This document shows, piece after piece, positions 26,043-33,528 of a stretch of DNA of 64,000 nucleotides. The notes beneath the pieces are model-generated. The model was not told the DNA's origin, searched no databases, and saw only the letters and a program-made list of their open reading frames with translations. The position numbers and the translations under genes are program-made. The stretch covers positions 1 to 64,000 of the IMG/VR virus record IMGVR_UViG_3300009159_007116. One strand, 5' to 3'. Each line of letters opens with the position of its first letter. Position 1 is the first letter of the stretch. Origin of the DNA: an uncultured virus (IMG/VR IMGVR_UViG_3300009159_007116) (Duplodnaviria > Heunggongvirae > Uroviricota > Caudoviricetes).

Positions 26043-27113
26043 ATGAATATCAATTTTTCTGCCCCAATCAATCAGCTTGGATATGGTGTTGTTGGAACAA
26101 ATCTTCTTGTTGAACTTTCAAAATCACACAATCTTTCTTTGTGGCCAATTGGTCCAATTGATTGTGAAGAAAAAATAATTCCAATTGCTAAAGCTAGTTT
26201 GAAAAATGCTTTATCGTTTGATTACGATGCACCAAGCTTTAGGTTGTGGCATCAATGGGATATGGCATTAGGTGCTGGTCGTGGTAAAAAATATGGAATG
26301 ACTTTTTTTGAAATGGATAACATAAAAGACAATGAAAGACATAACCTTAATTTTTTAGATAAAATTTTTGTTTGTTCTGATTGGGCAAAACAAATAATTG
26401 TTAAATCTGGAATACATGAATCTAAAGTAAAAGTAATTAGGCTTGGTGTCGATAAATCAATTTTTAAACAATCTGAACCAGACAATGTTAAAACAACAAG
26501 AATATTGAGCATAGGCAAATGGGAAATAAGAAAGGGTCATGATTTAATACTTGATGTACTAGAAAGAACATTTGATGTTGATGACGATTTTAAATTAATA
26601 ATGTGTTGTTCTAATCCATTTCTTTCGCAAGAAGAACAAGATCAATGGATTTCATATTATGAAAAAAGTAAGTTTTTTGACAAAATAGTTGTGCTAAAGA
26701 ATAGATTAAAAACACAAAACGAAGTTTATGATCTTATGAAAAAAAGCGATATAGGCATATTCCCTTATCGTGCAGAAGCTTGGAATTTAGAATTAGCAGA
26801 AATGTTATCTATAGGCAAAAACTGTATAGCTACAAATTACTCAGGACCAACTGAATATGGTATTGAGTCTGGTTGTTATTTGATTAATCCAGATGGAATA
26901 GAACCAGCAAATGATTCAAAATGGTTTGATGGTAGTGGTTCTTGGGCAAAGCTGGAAGAAAACTATATAAACAATTTTTCTAATCAATTAAAAGAATTGC
27001 ATATTAAAAAACAAAATAACAATTTAAAAACAAATATTTCTGGAATAGAATTTTTTAAACAGAATACATGGGAAAGTTCTTGCGAAACAATAATTCGAGA
27101 AATTTCATTATGA
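26043..27113 (+). CDS. GT4 glycosyltransferase
   Basis: GYG N-terminus, GKWEIRKG, EAWNLELAE. Confidence 0.85.
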   Translation: MNINFSAPINQLGYGVVGTNLLVELSKSHNLSLWPIGPIDCEEKIIPIAKASLKNALSFDYDAPSFRLWHQWDMALGAGRGKKYGMTFFEMDNIKDNERHNLNFLDKIFVCSDWAKQIIVKSGIHESKVKVIRLGVDKSIFKQSEPDNVKTTRILSIGKWEIRKGHDLILDVLERTFDVDDDFKLIMCCSNPFLSQEEQDQWISYYEKSKFFDKIVVLKNRLKTQNEVYDLMKKSDIGIFPYRAEAWNLELAEMLSIGKNCIATNYSGPTEYGIESGCYLINPDGIEPANDSKWFDGSGSWAKLEENYINNFSNQLKELHIKKQNNNLKTNISGIEFFKQNTWESSCETIIREISL

Positions 27114-27502
27114 AAATAAAAATATCATTTCTTGTATGTGCAAGAGGAATAAACAAAGAGCCAGTCATTGCAATACAAAAAAACAAAAACAATAATGAAT
27201 TACCAACATTTAATTTTAATAGAGAAGATTCAAATATAGATTTATTTGTTATAGATAAATTTAAAGAATTGACTTCTTTTGATGCAAAATTTAAAGATAT
27301 TGAAGGATGGGTAAATTTATTTATTTGTGGAACAATGATTGATTTAAATTCTTCATCTATAGTTTATGCTTGTTATTTACAAGATTCATTTGAAAAAGAA
27401 AACATTGAGTGGAAAACTATTTCTTCTGTTTTAGAAAACAAAATATTTGAAAGTAAATACACTCAAGAAGTTATATCTTGCTTTAACTATTTTTCGAGAT
27501 AA
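27110..27502 (+). CDS. hypothetical protein (possibly degenerate NUDIX fold)
   Basis: ATGA overlap; fold guess is weak. Confidence 0.55.
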   Translation: MKIKISFLVCARGINKEPVIAIQKNKNNNELPTFNFNREDSNIDLFVIDKFKELTSFDAKFKDIEGWVNLFICGTMIDLNSSSIVYACYLQDSFEKENIEWKTISSVLENKIFESKYTQEVISCFNYFSR

Positions 27503-27503
27503 C

Positions 27504-27815
27504 ATGATAAACGCAAAAATATATTTTGAATTAATTGACAATGAAATAAACTCAATAGTTCAAATTCCAGAAGATCTTACTTCTGAAGAACAAATGATAT
27601 TTGCAGAAAGATTTTCAGTCTTAATTGGTATGATACAAAGCGGAAGTTTATTCCCATCTATATTTCAGTCAGTTGTAGAAGCTGGCATATTAACAGAACA
27701 AAAAGCATTGTCTGAATTAATAATAAAAAAAGTACTTGAAAGTTTTTCTGTTGATTCTGAAAAAATTCCCCTTGTTTCGCCTAGTGAAGCTTTTCTATTT
27801 AGAGAGACAAAATGA
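27504..27815 (+). CDS. hypothetical protein
   Basis: ORF between stop 27502 and thyX. Confidence 0.65.
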   Translation: MINAKIYFELIDNEINSIVQIPEDLTSEEQMIFAERFSVLIGMIQSGSLFPSIFQSVVEAGILTEQKALSELIIKKVLESFSVDSEKIPLVSPSEAFLFRETK

Positions 27816-28627
27816 TTGATTGCAGAATAATTGCTGATTCTATAAGTGAATCTAAAAAAAGAATAACTACTTTTGTTTGTACTTTCCCAAGGTTTATACT
27901 TGCTGAGTTTAACACACATAGAGTTTTCTCTAGAAATGCTGCTAGTTCTAGAGCCATACCCTCTAAAAAGTTTATTGATCAAATAAATAATCATCCAGCA
28001 ATGCCAATTCATTGGGGCAAAGAACAATCTGGAATGCAAGCTAGATCTGAACTTTCACCTTCAGACATTCCTGTTGCTCAAGAAATTTGGCTTCAAGCTA
28101 GAGATAAAATGATACATTGTGCTAAAGAAATGATGTCTATAGGTGTTCATAAGCAAATAGTTAACAGGCTTCTTGAACCTTGGTTTAATGTTACTGTAAT
28201 TCTTACAGCTACAGAGTTTGATAATTTTTTTAAATTAAGGTGTCATAAAGATGCACAACCAGAAATACAAGATCTTGCATTAAAAATGAAAGATTGTTTA
28301 AAAGAATCAACTCCAAAAGCTATAAACTTTGGTGATTGGCATATACCATTTGGTGACAGGTTTATTGACGAAAAACTTTCTATTCAAGAAAAACTTAAAA
28401 TTTGTGTAGCACGATGTGCTAGGGTTAGTTATTTAAATTTTGATGGCGTGATAGATCACCAAAAAGACTATGATCTTCATGATGTTCTTGCAAAAGAAGG
28501 TCATTGGAGTCCATTTGAACATTGTGCTTCCCCATCTGCAAATCCTTGGGAATATTCTGGAAATTTTATGGGTTGGCATCAGTATAGGAAGTCATTTGAA
28601 AATGAACAAAAAAATATCATGGCTTAA
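27812..28627 (+). CDS. thyX: FAD-dependent thymidylate synthase
   Basis: EFNTHRVFSRNAASSRAIP, HKQIVNRLLEP, ARCARVSY, HWSPFEH. Confidence 0.9.
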   Translation: MIDCRIIADSISESKKRITTFVCTFPRFILAEFNTHRVFSRNAASSRAIPSKKFIDQINNHPAMPIHWGKEQSGMQARSELSPSDIPVAQEIWLQARDKMIHCAKEMMSIGVHKQIVNRLLEPWFNVTVILTATEFDNFFKLRCHKDAQPEIQDLALKMKDCLKESTPKAINFGDWHIPFGDRFIDEKLSIQEKLKICVARCARVSYLNFDGVIDHQKDYDLHDVLAKEGHWSPFEHCASPSANPWEYSGNFMGWHQYRKSFENEQKNIMA

Positions 28628-29192
28628 ATGGGAAGATCCATTTTTCCCAAAAGAAAACCCATACTCTGTTGACGACAATGAAATACAATCACAGAAAGAT
28701 AGTTTTTTTGATAAAGATAAGGATGAAGAACCAGACAGGCATATGAGAGTTATTCTTGGTCCATATGGAACAATACCAATAAACGAAAACGCAATAACTA
28801 GTAAGCTTTATAAAATGTGGGTAGGTCATTGTAATTTTGATATAACTAGAAATATCATGAGAACAATTGAAGAAGTTGAAGGAGTAGAAATACTTAGAGT
28901 GTGGACAAGATATAGATTCTGGATAGGTTTTGGCAATCTTTTCGATGACATTGAAATTCAAAAAAATATAGAAGAAGCAATAAGTCCAACTAAGAAAAAA
29001 CCTAAAAATGTTTCTATCAATGCACTTTCTAAAGTTTTAAATAAAAAATACAAAAATTGGATTATATATTCTTTAAAAAATGGAGAAATAAAAACATTTG
29101 GCAGCGAACAACTTGACGATGTTTTAAATGTAGAAATTCAAAATAAAGACTCTATAACACTTGCTTCCAGTTGGAGCAATGACTACAATTGA
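28602..29192 (+). CDS. hypothetical phage protein
   Basis: WVGHCNFDIT, VEGVEIL...TRYRF. Confidence 0.7.
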   Translation: MNKKISWLKWEDPFFPKENPYSVDDNEIQSQKDSFFDKDKDEEPDRHMRVILGPYGTIPINENAITSKLYKMWVGHCNFDITRNIMRTIEEVEGVEILRVWTRYRFWIGFGNLFDDIEIQKNIEEAISPTKKKPKNVSINALSKVLNKKYKNWIIYSLKNGEIKTFGSEQLDDVLNVEIQNKDSITLASSWSNDYN

Positions 29193-29229
29193 ATAATCGG
29201 CTTTTTTACTTTTCAAACAGGAGATTATC

Positions 29230-29487
29230 ATGAGCGATGTTAAAACTGCAATTAGTCCAGAACAAGTTCAAAAAACAATGTCTATTGTTATTTCAACTTT
29301 AAAGTTTGTTTCGACAATTATTCCAGGCGAAGCAGACGATAAAATTGTTGATGTTGTTTCTTCACTAGCACAAGAACCTTGGGTTATTCCAGCAATTACA
29401 TTTTTGATTAATAAGTTTGATAATACAAAACCAATTACTTCTGAAGATTTCTTACTTGCTATAAAAGTAGCAAAAAATGAGGCTTAA
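29230..29487 (+). CDS. small hydrophobic protein (holin-like candidate)
   Basis: Amphipathic helices with IPGEADDKIV motif; RBS AGGAG. Confidence 0.6.
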   Translation: MSDVKTAISPEQVQKTMSIVISTLKFVSTIIPGEADDKIVDVVSSLAQEPWVIPAITFLINKFDNTKPITSEDFLLAIKVAKNEA

Positions 29488-29489
29488 TC

Positions 29490-30269
29490 ATGTTTAAAAA
29501 AACTTTGTTGTTTTTGTTGGTATTTTGCAATATTGCTTTTGCAGAAAACTTTATTGTTCCAGAACAAAAAATTGTTGGAGCAGAACTTCCTATTCCATTA
29601 GGTGAGCTTGTAGACTTATCTATAAGTCCAGTTCAATCTGCACCAAAGTTTTTAGTTTCAACTACATATGCATGGAAAGTTTTTGATGGATACACAGAAA
29701 AACGAATTCGCAACTATGAAAATGGCGTTTTCTTTGGTTCTGGTATACAAGCAAAAAAACTTAAGGTTATTGTTGCAATAACTCACTTGTATGTAGTTAA
29801 AGAGAATGAAAAACTTTTAGAGGCAGCTACTAGAACTAACTTTATTTCAACAGATGTTTTTATTGGAGAACCAGAACCTGAGACTCCAGTAGAACCAGAA
29901 CCAGAACCAGAATTTGGAGAATCAAAATACCAACTTTCTAAATTTGTTTATGATGGCGTTAAAAATATTAAGCTTTCAAAAACAGATAAAATAAAACAAT
30001 CTACTGCTATTGCATCATCCTTTGATGGTATTGCTGCTGCTATTGCTGCTGGAACAATAGCGACACTTGAAGATATACTAAAGAAAACAGCAGAATCAAA
30101 TAGATTTGCACTAACTAAATCTGGTGGAGATAGAACAAAATGGGAACCTTTATTTACAGAAATACAAGAAAAACTTTTTGATCTATATAAAACTAGCAAG
30201 ATGCAAACTAAAGAAGATTTTGCTATTGCGTGGAGAGAAATATCTTCTGGACTTAAACTAGTAAAATAG
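29490..30269 (+). CDS. secreted protein with Glu-Pro linker
   Basis: Signal peptide MFKKTLLFLLVFCNIAFA; EPEPETPVEPEPEPE linker; helical C-domain. Confidence 0.8.
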   Translation: MFKKTLLFLLVFCNIAFAENFIVPEQKIVGAELPIPLGELVDLSISPVQSAPKFLVSTTYAWKVFDGYTEKRIRNYENGVFFGSGIQAKKLKVIVAITHLYVVKENEKLLEAATRTNFISTDVFIGEPEPETPVEPEPEPEFGESKYQLSKFVYDGVKNIKLSKTDKIKQSTAIASSFDGIAAAIAAGTIATLEDILKKTAESNRFALTKSGGDRTKWEPLFTEIQEKLFDLYKTSKMQTKEDFAIAWREISSGLKLVK

Positions 30270-30276
30270 GTGAAAC

Positions 30277-31200
30277 ATGTCTGAATTATCAAAACTTAAT
30301 GGTTGGGCAGGAAAAGACAATCCTTCGCTTGTTGAAAGTGAATTTAATTTAATTAAAGATGGTGGATCATTTAAAGACTTTAATGTTTATGGCAAAAGCC
30401 AAGACACTAAAGGCAAAAAAATGATGCTGTACGAAGTTGTTCGTAAAGTTCTTGGTAAAGATACTCCTAATTACGGACAAGAAATTGGTGACTGCGTAAG
30501 TTTTGGTGCTAAAAATGCAGTCGAATATTTAATGGCTACTGAAAAGCTTATGAAGGGCGATAACGAAAAGTTTGAATTTGTATTTCCACCATATCTTTAT
30601 GGAACAGGAAGAGTTCTTATTGGTCGTGGAAGACTTAATGGTGAAGATGGTTCTCTTGGTAGCTGGATGGCAGATGCTGTTATTAAGTATGGGGTTCTTC
30701 GTAGTAGTTTTGATGGTCTTCCTAAGTATGCTGGAAGCGTAGCTAAAAAATGGGGTGATACGCCAGGACCAGATAAAAAGTTTATTGAAGAAGGAACTAA
30801 GCACCCAGTAAAATCTGCTGCCCAAATTAAAAGTTGGGATCAATTAGTAGAGGCTATTGTCAATGGCTATCCTTGCACAACTGCTAGCGATGTTGGCTAT
30901 ACCATGACACCAGCAAACGATGGTTTTCATCGTCAAACAGACAATTGGGGGCATCAAATGTGTTTTGTAGGTGTTGATGATAGGGCTAATGATCCATATG
31001 CTATTATTGTTAATAGTTGGGGCGATGCTCACGGAGAACTTAAGGACTTTGATACTGGTGAAGCCCTTCCTATTGGCACTCTTAGGGTTAGAAAGAAAGA
31101 TGCTGAAAAACATATTAGGCAAGGTGAAACATTTGCTTATAGTAATTTTGATGGATTTCCAGAACAGTTGATAGACAAAAAATTATTCATGCTTATTTAG
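30277..31200 (+). CDS. papain-like (C1) cysteine peptidase
   Basis: QEIGDCVSFG (Gln/Cys), GHQM (His), NSWG (Asn). Confidence 0.85.
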   Translation: MSELSKLNGWAGKDNPSLVESEFNLIKDGGSFKDFNVYGKSQDTKGKKMMLYEVVRKVLGKDTPNYGQEIGDCVSFGAKNAVEYLMATEKLMKGDNEKFEFVFPPYLYGTGRVLIGRGRLNGEDGSLGSWMADAVIKYGVLRSSFDGLPKYAGSVAKKWGDTPGPDKKFIEEGTKHPVKSAAQIKSWDQLVEAIVNGYPCTTASDVGYTMTPANDGFHRQTDNWGHQMCFVGVDDRANDPYAIIVNSWGDAHGELKDFDTGEALPIGTLRVRKKDAEKHIRQGETFAYSNFDGFPEQLIDKKLFMLI

Positions 31201-31211
31201 AAGGATTTAAT

Positions 31212-32123
31212 ATGACAGATAAAACTGAAGGTTTGCAATATGGAAAACCTGACAAGGATGATCCAAGAAAAACTCCAGCAAAACCAGAAGAAAAAAAAAG
31301 GGGTTCTAAAAAAAACCCAAAAGACTCTGCAAATAAACCAAATAAAAGCATAGAGCTATCTTCAGAAACAGAAGATAAAATTAAAGTTTTAATGCAGAAA
31401 CACAATGAAAAAGATCCAGAATTTAAAGCCAACATGGGTCAATTGAAATCTGTTTTTAGAAGAGGTGCTGGAGCATTCTCTACTAGTCATGCACCAAACA
31501 TGAATAGAACAGGATGGGGATTGGCTAGAGTTAGAGCTTTTTTATATTTGCTTCGCAATAAAATACCATCTAATCCTAATTATAAACAAGATAATGATTT
31601 GTTGCCAGATGGTCATCCCAAAAAAACAAAAAATACAAAAAAATCTTCAGTAGCTTTTTGTGATTTTGAATCAACTTATTTATACGAAGAAATTGATTAT
31701 TCAGAATTTTTAAATTCCATTAAAGATATAATAGTTAAAAGTAAAGCTTCTTCAGATATTGAAAATTATTTTAGTAAATCCGCTGAAACTTATGATGCTC
31801 CACAATCAGCAAGAAATAATGCAAGAAAAGTTTTAGAATGGAAAGAAAAGTACGGAAAAGAATGCAAAGGAATGACTGCTGTTGGTTGGGCAAGAGCAAG
31901 AGACTTAGCTGGCAATGCCATGTTATCTGCTGATACAGTTAAAAGAATGTCTCAATTCAATAGACACGGATCTAATTATGAAAAAGCAAAATCTAAACCA
32001 GAATATAAAACTAAACCTTGGAGTATTCCAGCGGTGGTTGCATGGTTAGGTTGGGGTGGAACATCTGGTATTGAATGGGCAATGAGAACAAGTGAATCTA
32101 TTCTAAAGAAGAAGAAACAATAA
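31212..32123 (+). CDS. two-domain phage protein
   Basis: RRGAGAFSTSH...WGLARVRAFL and GMTAVGWARARDL...AWLGWGG domains typical of phage proteins of unknown function. Confidence 0.7.
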   Translation: MTDKTEGLQYGKPDKDDPRKTPAKPEEKKRGSKKNPKDSANKPNKSIELSSETEDKIKVLMQKHNEKDPEFKANMGQLKSVFRRGAGAFSTSHAPNMNRTGWGLARVRAFLYLLRNKIPSNPNYKQDNDLLPDGHPKKTKNTKKSSVAFCDFESTYLYEEIDYSEFLNSIKDIIVKSKASSDIENYFSKSAETYDAPQSARNNARKVLEWKEKYGKECKGMTAVGWARARDLAGNAMLSADTVKRMSQFNRHGSNYEKAKSKPEYKTKPWSIPAVVAWLGWGGTSGIEWAMRTSESILKKKKQ

Positions 32124-32314
32124 TGTTAAATCTAATTCTTTTTTTGTTGTTTGATCAGACTATAAGCAAAGAACAATTTGTTTTGATAGAAAAAGATTCT
32201 ATTTCATTTTCTAAGCTTATAGATCAATTGTCAAAACCAAAACCAAAAATAGCATCACCAGTAATCATAAATGCAAATCAAGAAGAATGTTTTACTTGAC
32301 GGAGAAGAAAATAA
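32123..32314 (+). CDS. candidate selenoprotein peptide (58 aa to UGA; 63 aa with CxxU read-through)
   Basis: TAATG-coupled start; ...EECFT-TGA(32297)-RRRK-TAA, whose TAA overlaps the next ATG; SECIS-like hairpin downstream. Confidence 0.5.
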
Positions 32315-32326
32315 TGCGGTCGCATA
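32312..32326 (+). promoter_or_regulatory. bacterial SECIS-like hairpin
   Basis: ATGC-GGTC-GCAT with the GGUC loop at +19..+22 after TGA 32297-32299. Confidence 0.45.
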
Positions 32327-32664
32327 AAAAAATACAAGAAATATTAGAAAAATCAGAAACAATTAAAAAGTATGATGCTGTTGGTATCTTAACAATAATT
32401 ATGATTGTTAGTCTTATATTTGAAGGAATAAAAATAATACAGTACTGTAAATCATCTAAAGTAACAGCATTAATAATAAAAAAAGGTGGTCCAATTGTAA
32501 GAATGTTTATTAGAAAAAATCTATACAATAAAATAATCAAAGCAAATGTTCCAGAGAACGATGCTAAAATAATATCTGATACAATAGTTCAGCTTATACA
32601 ATCTTTGTCTGTAAGCGAAATAGTAAATCTTTTAGAGTTAGTTTATGCCGAATCCAAAAGTTAG
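32314..32664 (+). CDS. membrane protein
   Basis: TM helix AVGILTIIMIVSLIF; start at ATG 32314 behind GGAG. Confidence 0.7.
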   Translation: MRSHKKIQEILEKSETIKKYDAVGILTIIMIVSLIFEGIKIIQYCKSSKVTALIIKKGGPIVRMFIRKNLYNKIIKANVPENDAKIISDTIVQLIQSLSVSEIVNLLELVYAESKS

Positions 32665-33382
32665 TTGTTATTGCCCAACTTATGGAAGAACAACTTTTTT
32701 AGAAGAAGCTATTTATAGTTTTTTAAATCAAGATTATGATGGTGAAAAAGAATTAATAATATTAAATGATCTTGAAGAACAAACACTTTTTTTTGATCAT
32801 CCAGAAGTAAAAATAATAAACTCTAAAGAAAGAATAATTCCTATTGGTAAAAAATTTAACAAATGCATTTCGTATTGCTCTGGAGAATACATTTTTGTTT
32901 GGGATGATGACGATATATTCTTACCTTGGAAAATATCTTTTTCAATTAAAAATATAAGTTCTAATGGAATATTTCATACAAACGATGGTTTTTTTGAAGA
33001 AGAAACAAAAAAATTGTCTATATCTCAAAACATGTTTCACTCAAATTTATGTATGCATAAAAAGTGTTGGGAAAAAATTGGTAATTATATTGAACTAGAT
33101 ATTACATCATTAGATGCTTATCTTTTTGAAAAAATAAATAAAATATATGGTAGAACTTCTAAGAAAATAACTGAAGAAGAAATATTTTACATATACAGAT
33201 GGTCAACACTAAAAACCTATCACATGTCATTTTATAAAGAAAATGTAAGTTTAAAAACACAAGAAGTAGTAAAACAAAAAATATTAAATAATTTAGAACC
33301 AATTGGTAACATTATACTTAAACCTCATTGGAAATACGACTATTTAGAAGCAAGAAACATTTGTTTAAAAAATAAAAAATAG
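32645..33382 (+). CDS. GT2 glycosyltransferase
   Basis: CPTYGR, IILND, WDDDD. Confidence 0.85.
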   Translation: MPNPKVSCYCPTYGRTTFLEEAIYSFLNQDYDGEKELIILNDLEEQTLFFDHPEVKIINSKERIIPIGKKFNKCISYCSGEYIFVWDDDDIFLPWKISFSIKNISSNGIFHTNDGFFEEETKKLSISQNMFHSNLCMHKKCWEKIGNYIELDITSLDAYLFEKINKIYGRTSKKITEEEIFYIYRWSTLKTYHMSFYKENVSLKTQEVVKQKILNNLEPIGNIILKPHWKYDYLEARNICLKNKK

Positions 33383-33528
33383 ACTATTGTCATACCAAAA
33401 AAAATAAGTAAGAATCTCTTCTGTCTTATCATTGTTGTGGGTGTATTTATATCCGCTGGTAATCGCCAGTATTACATACCTTTAGAGTTCTGCTTATCCT
33501 TGCGGTCAGCATGGAAGATGGAGTTTTT

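Noticed and set aside
29868..29912. GAACCA tandem repeats
   Set aside because: They encode an ordinary Glu-Pro linker, not a DNA-level repeat element.
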